From Psammoneis japonica (lineage: Eukaryota): a stretch of 64,000 bases of DNA. The stretch lies in NCBI GenBank assembly GCA_008632985.1, contig QPGO01000061.1, positions 310,001 to 374,000 on the forward strand. Reading direction: 5' to 3'. Every line of letters begins with the position of its first letter. The first letter of the stretch is position 1. Of the stretch, positions 11,693-22,900 are shown piece by piece. Under the pieces are notes generated by a model. The model was given only the letters and a program-made list of their open reading frames with translations, ran no database searches and had not been told where the DNA came from. The position numbers were made by a program, and so were the translations under genes.

Positions 11693-13600
11693 TCAACATG
11701 CATGCGCGATGTGGGCGGTCCGTAAGTCCGTGATTTGACTGGAGTTAATGTGAGATGGTTTCGCTCGCCTAACCCGACACACCGTCGAACATCCCGACAA
11801 TGAAGCAGGGCGGTTTTTACTCTTTTCAACACGAGCTTCCGCCCTCATCCACCTCCTTAAGCCGACGGCCACTCCTCCCCGTTCGATTCGCTGGCCGGTC
11901 ATGTCATCGAGATAGGACTTTTGAATGAAGAGTCCATGCATGTGATTGGAAGGAAGCCTTGAGCAATGTTGACTAAAGTAAACATTTGATTGACCATAGC
12001 AAAGCTCAGGTAGTCTGGAGTTTCAACACGGATGTAGAAGTTCCAAAGTTCGAAACCACCTCATCTGCCGTTGTAGGAATCTCGTTTTGGTTGAACGACG
12101 TCCAAATGAGTCGTCCAGTCTCGCGAAAGTGCTGTTCCAGTGAGCATCATTTGCGGTTGGCTTTGCAGGCCCCGAATATAAGATAAAAGCTTCCAGAGGA
12201 CTGCAAATTGACCATTACATTTCGCTAAGTTCGAGAGCGCTTGGAACTGCGGTCCTATCCATGAGTTGTACACCATTCTTCAACGTGAGGCCACCATTTT
12301 CAGGGGTAGATTCAAACCTATCTTGCTCCACAAACCCCCCAGGGACGAAGCACTTTGTCAAAAGTCTGTGCAAACAACTCCGCCACCTTTGGAAACAGTG
12401 TCACACCACGGAGATTGTGCCACACATCGTTGCCCACAACATTATTTTCGTTCGCTGATGCTGGTGCGGGAAGAACGCCCAATGGATTGTGGCCAAAAAA
12501 GGCAGGCAGCGTGTTGATCATACCGTCAGAAAAGACAATGACGTTCAGATCAACATGATGACCTGTATAACGAAAACCAAACTGACCGCTTCCCTCCATA
12601 TCACCGTACACGCTAATATACGTCACAATGTCACCTCTGGGATGTACAGTGTTTTCCTCAAAAATGTCATTGATATAGTACGCTTTGATCACTTCTGGTT
12701 CTTCGGTGTTGAGATTTCCATATAGAGCAAGAGGAATTTCCTCGCAGAGCCACGTAGCGTTCATGTCAGTGTTGTTTCTGTTGATTTCGTTGCATTGTCT
12801 ATAGGTTTTGCCTTCCTGCTGTTGAGTATTATTATGTTGAGAATTATTGTGGGCCATTTGCAAGTCATATGCCGTTCCTCCGCTCGAAAATTCAACACAT
12901 ACTCCTTTACAATCTTCGGCATAGTGTTGGTACTGTCCCAGCAAAAGATTAGCTTGTTCTTGCTGAAGAAGCACCTGATAGGATTCCAGCGTCATTGCAG
13001 CAGACAAAACGCGATACAGGAGATCCTTCTGGTCAGCTGTCAAGAGACTCACGGCCAAGCCGTACTTGGGAATCAGACATTGTTGAACGATGGTACAAAC
13101 CAGCCAGTGCTTCTGTTGCAACGTAGCATCTTCATAGTAGGTGCGATCTTTGAATGGCTTCGAGAGACTGCTTACGAACTCGCCTAAGCGTTTTCTTGTC
13201 AGTTCGACATCCATCTGTTCAACTTCCTCTTCGTCGACTGTCCCGGCATTGCCATCATTGCGACTTGCTTGGGCCCATCCAAAGAGAGCTGCGAACAGCA
13301 GGGTAAGGATTACAAAAATGATGAGAAAGACTTGAGTAGCACTGAGGCGTCTAGTAGCCTTCGTTTCACTGGCTTCAGGAATGTCCTCTTCTTCTCGCAC
13401 CGAAATATCCTCCTCTACTAGTGGCTCCGCTTGTCGCACCGTCGGTTCAGGCTGGATGCATCGAAGTACCGTTGTGATGGGACGTCGCCGACATCATCAG
13501 GAAGCACGACGCCGCCGCCCTCTTCTTCGTCGCTGCTCATGATGTTGACGTCGCCGGCATCATCATCAGGAAGAGTGACACCCTCTTCTTCGTCGCTCAT
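11693..13600 (-). pseudogene. DUF3500-domain protein with N-terminal TM anchor, frameshifted
   Basis: FGFRYTGHHVDLN...PAFFGHNP motif in 12318..13439; FYIRVETPDY and NHMH motifs downstream in other frames; probable start at 13600 in another frame. Confidence 0.65.
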
Positions 13601-13932
13601 GATGCGGAGTTTTTACAGCTCTGAGTGACACAAACGTAGTCTTCCTTTCTCGAATTGCTATTTGCTCTTCTTTTTTGGAACGATTGATTTCATGGGATTC
13701 CAAAGATATTTTCCGGGTACCTATTTGATTTGGAATACATTCATCAACGAGGATGTTGAATGTTAAAAATCTTTCAACGCTGTCAACCTCAACGCAAGCC
13801 AGAAGCTGCATACAGCATGCGTTTTAGACTACGTGATGTTATCCGCTGTCGAAAGTCGAAAGATATGATGCCCGGCCGAGCGAAGAGGGAGCCAGGGGAG
13901 TCTATCGCAAATTCGCAAAGTTGGAAGTAGCC

Positions 13933-15306
13933 ATGCATTCTCACCGTTTCTCGGTCGTCCTCATCTGCTGTCTGCTGGTAGAGGCCCTAACGATGAGTAC
14001 CTCCGGCTCTGCTTTTAGTGGCAAACAAAGTGGGGGAGGGAAGAACCTCGTGGTGCTGAGCGATGGTACAGGCATGGAGCTCAAGGGAATGGATAAAAAC
14101 TCCAACGTTCTACGCCTTCTCCGTGTACTATCACGCAACGATGATGAGCAACGTGTTTACTACGATCCTGGTATTGGGACTGTCAAGAGTATCAATCCTT
14201 GGAGTATACTTCGAGCCAAGTTCAGCTCCGTTTTTGGTCTTGCTACCGGACAGGGATTGGATGAGGCTGTCCTTTCCGCTTATACATTCCTCATGACGAA
14301 CTATAAGGAAGGAGATCGCATCTACCTCTTTGGCTTCAGCCGTGGGGCATACACGATGCGCGTCCTTGCTGGATTCATTCATGTCGTTGGACTTCTTCAC
14401 CAAGACCAAGAGAACATTCTCCCATATGCTCTCGTTGCCTACAAGGAAGCAGGAAATGAATACGGCGGAATACCTAAAGACTATCGTTCCTCAATACCAA
14501 AAGAAAAGTTAAAGGCTGAAGCGGAGGCCAAGCGATTGGGAAAGCTTTCCGGAGCGCGACAAGTCGATATTCACTTTGTTGGCGTATGGGACACTGTCAA
14601 CTCGGTTGTTGTGCCTCGGCCCGATCGGTTTTTTATTCCATCGATTCAGAAGCTCCCATACACGAGAGGCAATCCCTCTGTGACGAATTTCCGTCATGCT
14701 TGTGCCATTGATGAGAGACGTCGAATGTTCCGTGTCAATAAATGGTTGTTTCCAAATGGTGAAAAGGTGTCGACCGAGGACGGCCGCGTGCTTAAAACTT
14801 CGACCAAACAGGTATGGTTTCCGGGTTGTCATGGCGATGTTGGCGGCGGATGGGCAGAGGAGAGGAGCGGATTAGCCAAACATGCCATGAAATGGATGGT
14901 TGACGAGGCGACTCAGGAAGGAATAAAGATTGACAATGATTTGTACAAGAAAATCTGTCTTGGTGAGGGAGAATGCGGACCTACAGTCATTGCCGGCGAT
15001 GTAGCTTGTTCACCTCCCAATTCACTTGGCCCGATCAACCACTCTCTCACCTTGGCTTGGAAACCTCTTGAGATCTTTCCAAAAGGAACCATGTGGAAAG
15101 AATGGAACCTCCGGTGGTCATTCCTTGGGTTTTACATTCCATGGGCCGAACCGCGCCCAATCCCTGCTCATCATGAGCTTCATTTTTCCGTCCGCGAGCG
15201 CATGGAAGGAGATCCCACGTACCGTCCGCCCAACGTGATGGCGTACTTGAAAGAGGTCGAGGAGAGTGACTCCCGGGCTCCAACAGAAGTGACACCTCTG
15301 GCCTAA
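13933..15306 (+). CDS. DUF2235 / Tle1-like alpha/beta hydrolase with putative signal peptide
   Basis: LVVLSDGT, YYDPGIGT, LFGFSRGAY, VGVWDTV, RHACAIDERR and VWFPGCHGDVGGG motifs; intronless; ATG at 13933. Confidence 0.9.
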   Translation: MHSHRFSVVLICCLLVEALTMSTSGSAFSGKQSGGGKNLVVLSDGTGMELKGMDKNSNVLRLLRVLSRNDDEQRVYYDPGIGTVKSINPWSILRAKFSSVFGLATGQGLDEAVLSAYTFLMTNYKEGDRIYLFGFSRGAYTMRVLAGFIHVVGLLHQDQENILPYALVAYKEAGNEYGGIPKDYRSSIPKEKLKAEAEAKRLGKLSGARQVDIHFVGVWDTVNSVVVPRPDRFFIPSIQKLPYTRGNPSVTNFRHACAIDERRRMFRVNKWLFPNGEKVSTEDGRVLKTSTKQVWFPGCHGDVGGGWAEERSGLAKHAMKWMVDEATQEGIKIDNDLYKKICLGEGECGPTVIAGDVACSPPNSLGPINHSLTLAWKPLEIFPKGTMWKEWNLRWSFLGFYIPWAEPRPIPAHHELHFSVRERMEGDPTYRPPNVMAYLKEVEESDSRAPTEVTPLA

Positions 15307-15399
15307 GTGTTTCCAAATAAGTTCCTAACTTCATATGCATAGTCACGACGACACATAAAATTGATAGCGAGAAGTTGTCACCTGTTCTCTGATGCCTAA

Positions 15400-18300
15400 G
15401 GTCGGAGATGTTGTCCTGCATGAGTGCTGATGATGACGATGTTGTCATGCGGTTTGTCTTGAGGCGGACTCCATTCAATGCAAGTCGTGTCGAATGCCTT
15501 TTTGTCGATTATTTTGGACTTCACCCAAGTTTTCTCTTGTGCTGGCTGGAAGCTGCACTTGCTCAAACAAAGAACAACGACCTTTCTGTTGCACTTGTCG
15601 GCCATTTTTCGGTTTAACGCAGTGTTTTGGCTTTTGTGTTTGGGCGGAGGATGTGGTGTGTTTTCTGTTTGTGAGTGCAACTCTCAAGGTCACAAAACTT
15701 TTAATGTGTCACAGCACATGATGGCGTTAAGAACAACAAGATGGTCAATGAAGCTGCCAAATGCCATGCTGCTCAGTTCTGTGCCACAATGCCAGACACT
15801 GCCCCCCTCATGCAGGACGTTTCTTCTCCAAACAGTTGCAGGTCACTGGCACTTAGAGTGTCCTCGACAAATGAGAGAGTTCAGTCAGTTGGCTCTTCTC
15901 TTTCTTGTCTTGAGCAATGAAAATTTGCACCAAGGCAAATGCAGCATTGCTGCTCACAATGGCAAGTTGGAGAAGCAGATTCTGCCAAAGGATTCTGCTG
16001 CCCTTGCTGACTCAAGTGGTGGGCAGCTCACCTTTCTTGCCAAACACCTTCTCCTTGACCGGACATGCGCTGCCTTGTGCCACAACTTCTGCAGGATGAT
16101 TTTCTGCTGCCAATCTCATTGAAAAGTTGCCAGGGTGTTCTCAGTCTTCTTGCTGCCAGCCTGGCTTGGCTGCCAGCTGCTCACTGTTCTCATTGTGAAC
16201 CCTGCTGGTTTGTGGTGCAAAATGCTTTCTTTTTTTTTTCACAGAAGCTTGGTTCAAGTGCCAGTGGTGGCCCAGCACTGGCCTGCTGCACAGGAGGGCT
16301 GGTGCTAGATGCAACATTGAGATGGAGGCCCCAGCACAGCCAACCAACATGGGAGCTTGCATTTGCCAGCTGGCTGCACTGCTTGTCAAATTAACAACAC
16401 ATCCACAATCTGTGGTTGCCTTGTTGATGCAGCTGTGCCACCAGGGTGGCCTGGCAACTCTTCTCTGGTGGACCCCAGCAAACTCCACAGAGAGAGAGAG
16501 AGAGAGTGGCAATCATTGAGGAGCTGATGCAGAACACTCCTGAGTGCATGAGAGCATGGGTGAACTACATTGGCATGGCAAGGAATTTGCACAGAAAAAA
16601 GTGCAAGGGGTGCAGCAACAGTTGGAGCATGAGCTTGGGCTCAATTGGCCTCAGAGAATGGACAATGACATTTGACATGTGGGGTGAAGTTCTGATTGTT
16701 TCATTTTTTCCCTGTCAAGTGACGGCTTTTGGGATGATGCTGAGTGACACAAACACCATTTGGTGGCATGGCAAGCGGCAATCTTTGAGTCACTCATTTG
16801 TTTGGTTGAAAAACTGGGTGCAGTCCAGCCACAATGATGCACCAACAGCTGCACAAAAGAGCTGCAAACTCTCTTCAATTCAGAAATCTACAAGAGCCAC
16901 TGGAAGGTGCTCCTCTGAGCTTGCGCTGGCAGAATGACAATGCTGAATGAGCACAAAACTTTGAGAAAGCTGGAGAGTTGAGAGAGATGCATTTTTTACA
17001 AGGACTTGCAATGTGTGCTCCTTGCACTCCTCATCAAATTTGTTGTGGCATCAGCATGACAGAAACCATGCCAAAGTCACAAAGATTAAAGCTGCAGCCC
17101 TCGTTGCTGGTCACTTTTCTTGGAGAGAACATGCCCCCAAATCCAGGCCCAAGAGCACACAGCAACTGGTGGCCCAGCTTTCAACATGCACACACACACA
17201 CACACACAGTGCCTGGGTGCCTGCTCTCTTGCTTGGTGGTCATGTGCCTTCTGGTCTCATGTCTGCAACAAGACTTCCTCTCAAGCACAAATCAGTCTGG
17301 AGCAATGTCAGCCACCAGCATGACAGAAAAGTTGGAGCAGCAGTGCCAGCCCCACAGGTGGCAAGTGCTGGTTGGCCTGGATGACTGTCACTTGTGAAGT
17401 CATGCTCTGATGCAGTCCTGTGGCATGTGATGTTTTGAGGGTGAGACATTCCAGCCAATTTTGCCTCTGTTGATTTTTGTTTTGGTTGACAAGCCACTTC
17501 CAACAATGTGCTCACACACCCACCACATTGCAGCCAGCATCCCCACCCTCACTTTGCTTGCCACTCCAAATGACACAACACTCTTGTTGTTTGTCCTCAC
17601 CTTGCATCTGGTCCTGGCTTCTTGTGATCCAGCCAAGAGAAAGCTGCAGCATCCTCACACACAGCTTTTTGCTGTTTGGGCCATGTTCAAAAAATGCACT
17701 TTGCAGAAAGAGCTCAACAAACACAGCTTGGTGCCCCTGCTGAAAGAAGGGTGAGCTGACCAGCACAGAAGAGGGAGTGGAGTGACAGTGCTGCAGCTGG
17801 GCCCTGTGCAAGGCTGTGTGCAGTCAGAAAGCCCAGAGCAGTGTGGCCTGCCAATGCCTTCAACCAAAAAATGACTTTGAGCCTTGACACCAGCTGTCTT
17901 CAATGAGTTGTTTTTACCCTTGTTTTCACTTGAGCAAACACTGTCTGCTTCAAACCAATCTTGAGCAGTTGAAAGGAAATCACACCTGCAACAACAAAAG
18001 GAGCAAGCTTGGAGTGTTCCAGGAAAGCACCAAGCAGGCCACCTGAGGTGCCGCTGTCCACAGTGCATCCAGGACAACAGCAGCACTCAGAAATCTAAGA
18101 ATTCACAACACAGCCACACCCAAAGTGGTGCAAATGAGAGCAGGAAAGAACTTGAGATTTTCCAGGTGAGAAGCACAAAAACTGATTTTTCCCCCCCTCC
18201 AACATGAACACCAGCTGATGGCTGCCTTCTCAGGAGGAGCAGCTGAAGGTGTGTTCCATTGTGCCACAGCAACCTTGAAGAAAAGAGCAGTTGTGTTCTG

Positions 18301-18689
18301 AGACAAAGGTGGGGGGTGGTCACCAGGTGCAGGTGGCACAGCAGCACTGACCATTGTTTTGACAATGATGTGCACAGAAGGCATTTGCCACATGGGGCAG
18401 CAAGTGCTTTGCCACCAACCAAGGACAACATTGTCAGAAATGATGATGCTTGCCCCCCAGCTTGTGCAAGCAGCAACAGGCAAGCTGTCCACAAATGAAG
18501 CCATCTGCTGTTTTGCACTTGCCCGTCTGTTTGTGATCAGCGCTGTTGCAAATGTTGCAATGAAACAAAGCCAGCAGCAGCAACAACAACCATGATTGTT
18601 CATTGCAGTCTCTGCTTTTTCTCAGTGCCATTGTTGGCAGTGCCCCATCTGTGAAAATGGGTGATGATTGCTGCATCATGGGAACCAAC
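15400..18689. other. Unidentified degenerate TpA/CpG-depleted block, left part (target of the Copia insertion)
   Basis: Roughly a dozen TpA in about 3.2 kb by hand count and few CpG; no recognisable domain; continues after the TSD at 25802. Confidence 0.6.
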
Positions 18690-18965
18690 TGACAGGATTT
18701 GAACAGGATTTGGATGCGCGCGAAGTGTCGCGCGCTGTTTAGTTTACCGCGCACAGTTTTGTGTGCTTTAGTTCCGCGCGTTCACGCGCGATGTAGTTTG
18801 CTTTCGAGCCACAAGGCTCACAAGAATAATAACAGTAGCCCGATTATACCGACTTACACGTCTTTCGGCTCCTGTAACGGTCTCTGAGCGGAGACTCATC
18901 TGCTATTTAGACAGCAGTAAGGAGTTATTGTTTGAATTCTTGCCATTTGCCTTCAATTTCTGTCA
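18690..18965 (+). repeat. 5' LTR
   Basis: TGACAGG...CTGTCA, 276 bp, 267/276 identical to the 3' LTR. Confidence 0.97.
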
Positions 18966-19912
18966 GATTAACAGTCTTGCTCATTGTCAACCCATTGAGC
19001 AACCGCCATCGTCGTCGGTGATTTACCAACGACGCTATTTCAATTCTACGTGGACCTCCGTATATATTCTACATACATCGGCAAGTCTACGCGCATTCAA
19101 TACCAGGGCATCGGCAGGAAGTTAACGTCACCGTCAAGTCTCCTTACCGCTGGATATCTGGATTGATTATACTACCTTTGATCGCTGAAGACTTATATTC
19201 AACGGTCATGTCCAAGTCTATCCTTGATCAACATCCCTTGGGTGCACCTGTTCCTCGGTCAACGGTCAAGAACCCTGCACATTCAAGGATCTTAGTCGCT
19301 GAAGACACATGCGCGCATGTGTGTGCATGTCTTCACGGCCAAGAACCTTTATCCACTCTTCGGACTGCGGTTTTGCTGCCACTCTACAAGCACACCGAGT
19401 CCATTGCACCTGATCCCACCCCGGACTGCTGGTGCTCCACAGTTCTGCTAGGTCCACGAGGACGACTGTGAGAGCAAGCAGCCGTGATTGCAGCCTGCGT
19501 TGGGGCGAGGGTGCTTTCCCGCGTTTGTTCGTTCGTCCACAGCGCCCAACGCCTGCGTCAACTGGCCAGCCTGATCGGGAAATCCAACCGACATAAAATG
19601 AGAACGGTTCGGGGGTCTTGTCCACCTCTGGTCAGCTTGCCTGCAGGGGTTTACAACCCGCCACTCTGCTTGCAAGCAACCCAAAGCGCCACCAGCTGCG
19701 GGTTCGGACGTGCCGGCACAACTCTACGGACCGGACAGGAAGTTTGGCACTTGACAACGAACGGGATGACAAAGCCCGGCAACTTCTGATTTTAAGATGG
19801 TTCAAGATTTCAAGTCAAGTCTGTTTCAAGTCAAGTCCATTCTCACCCAAGTTTCGAGTCTGCCTTCACTTCCCAACCAGAATTGACTGTCCTGACACCA
19901 CTTTTGTCTGCC

Positions 19913-22900
19913 ATGGTTCTCACTCGTCAGCAACAAACCGATGGTTTCGAGCACGTTGTTGGAACCGTGCTTGCCCAAGGTGCTGGGAGTCCTCTTCGTT
20001 TGGCTTTGGCCCAAGACGGCACGGACTCGCATCAGGAACTGTTCACGTTCATGCCGTCCCAAATCGACTCGCTTGAGTGCGACAACGGCACTGATGCAAT
20101 CCCTTTGCCCCGTGGTTGCAAGAACATGTCAGCAGCACCAGTTGGTCTGCACATTGTCAAAGCACACAAAGGTCTTGACGTTGCCAACGACTCCTCTTTG
20201 TTCACGCATGACGAGTTCCTTGCCCCGCCTCAGCCCCGACTGCATGTCTTCTGTGTCCATCGGCAGCTCACCCCTTGCACATCCACATGTCACCAACCAG
20301 ACCAAGGCACGCGACCCGGTGCGAGACTTCAAGCGAGGCATCAAGCGTGATCCCACCGCTTTCACGGCTCTCAAATCCGACAAGCAGCGGCACACTTGGC
20401 ACACCTCACTTGTGGCACAAGCCCATGCCCAAGACGTCGAGTGCATTCTAGACTCGTCGTACAAACCGACCAGCCCCGAAGACAAACTGCTCTTTGCTGA
20501 ACAGCAAAAGCACATGTTCGCCGTCTTCGAACGCATCCTTCTCACCGACAAGGGCAAGGCTCTCATTCGCGAAAATGTGGGGTCTTCTGACGCACAGACC
20601 GTCTGCCGCTCCTTGTCTGAGTGCGCGCTTGCCTCCACCCGCGCATCTGTCGAGTCCTCCACCCTGCTCACGCACCTCACCACCGCACGTCTTGGTGATG
20701 GCACTTGGAAAGGTCCGACCCACGGGTTCATCCTTCATTGGCAAGATCAGTTGCGCAAGTGCGAGGCACTCATCCCGGCCAGTGACCACTTCTCTGAAGG
20801 ACAGAAGCGCGTCATGCTCGAGAATGCCGTGCACCCTGTCGAGGAACTCCGTGCTGTCAAGAACCAAGCTGATCAGCATCGTACGCAGAGTGGCAAGAGC
20901 CTCACATGCGATCAATGCTGTGGCTTGCTCCTCTCCGCGGCAGCTCAGTGCGACAGCACGTTTCAACCCAAGACGACACCTCGAGCTCCCCGACGCGCCA
21001 CATGCGCACACGACGTCTGCTCCGAGGAACCGTCCGACGATGTGTTCTACGACATTGACAGCGACGTTGACGTCCTTCAAGCCAATGCTGCCTGCACCCG
21101 CGGTCCCAGCCTCACCGGTGTCCAATGGAGACGTCTCCCTCCCGACCACCAACGGCTCTGGGATTCGTTGCCCGATTCCTCCAAGGCGATCATCCTTGAG
21201 CATTCTCGTCCGCCTCCCCGCAACCCGCGAGCCAGCAACTGCCATGAGTCTGTTACGGCCAACCTTCACGACCAACACCTTGGGAGTGACGGTGATGTCA
21301 ACTTGTCCAACACGACTCCTGCTGACTGTGGTGACCCCGCTGCACATGTGGACGCCACTTCGGATAATCCCATCCTGGCGCACCTCACCAAGCGCAAGCC
21401 ACTGCCACCCGGTGATCTGCAACGTCTGTTGTCTCCTAACCAAGCCCCCAATGCCAGTCGACCGGGGCCATCCGCCGCTTCCTCTACCCCGCCAGCTTCT
21501 GCAGATGACATGGAACTTAACGGCCGCACTTGCCGCCGCGTCAACAACCACAATGTCATTTGCTCTGCCTCTGCTCATCGCTCCACACGCACTGGCGCTC
21601 TAGTCGATCGTGGGGCCAACGGCGGCATTGCTGGCGACGACGTTCGCGTCATTGCACGCACCTCTCGCCAAGTCGATGTTCAGGGCATTGACGATCATCA
21701 GTTGGTGGACATCCCCATTGTCACCGCTGGTGCCGTCATTGAGACCCAGCGTGGTCCCGTCATCGCCATCCTCCATCAGCACGCACACACGGGAAAGGGC
21801 AAGACCATCCATTCCTGCGGCCAGCTCGAATGGTGCAAACAGGATGTCAACGATCGCTCTGTCAAGGTGCCCAACGGCTTGCAACGCACTGCCACTCCTG
21901 ATGGCTATGTCATCCCCATTGACATCAAGGCTGGCCTGCCTCATGTTGCCATGCGACCTTACACTGACGCCGAATGGGACACCCTGCCCCATGTCATCCT
22001 CACCGGTGATGACACATGGGACCCTTCCGTCCTCGATCACTCTGTCACTGACGACGATCAGTGGTGCGACGCGATCTCTGACCTGCAGGACGATCCCACT
22101 GCCAACCTGTTTGACGAATGCGGCAACTGCCGTCACCGTGTCGTTGTCAACGAGACCATCTTGTCCGCTTCCTTGTCTGCCGATCACGCGTCCGCCCTCG
22201 ATGATCACCTCATTCCGAACGACGACGTGTTCTACGAGTGTCATCTGCATGCGATTGACCCCAAGGGCGATGACGTTCCACCTCCGGAGCGCACTGCACA
22301 GCCCAAGGACCCCCCTTCGAGTCTCTTCGGCCTTGCTTTGGCTTCCCACCTGCCGATGCGGTCCGTCGTACTTTTGACTGCACCACGCAGTGCGCCCGCA
22401 TGCCCGCCGGTGCACACCTTCGCAAGGCCTGCAAATCACCCAACCCCGCCCTCAATGTGCACCGCCGCAACGAGCCCATCGCCACTGACACCGTTCATGC
22501 CGACACCCCGGCCGTCGACTCTGGTTGCACCAGCGCCCAACTGTTTGTTGGCACCGAGTCTACCGTCACTGACGTCTACGGCACTAAGACGGACAAAGAG
22601 TTTGTCAACACACTCGAGGATCAGATCCGTGAACGTGGTGCCCCATCCAAACTCATTAGCGACCGTGCTCAAGTTGAGATCAGCAACAAAGTGCTCGGGA
22701 TCCTGCGCGCCCTCTTCATCTCCAGCTGGCAAAGTGAGCCTCACCAGCAACACCAAAACTTTGCCGAACGTCAACACCAGACCGTGAAGCGCATGGCGAA
22801 CACTGTCATGGACCGTTTTGGTTCGCCCCCCACACATGGCTGCTGGCGCTCATGCACGTGTGCTTCACACTCAACCACACAGCGTCCCCACGTCTCCACT

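Noticed and set aside
18690..18965. Classical fungal RIP (CpA>TpA) acting on the 5' LTR
   Set aside because: Conserved Tyr, Val and Ile codons in gag-pol show TpA is ancestral, and old blocks are TpA-depleted rather than enriched.
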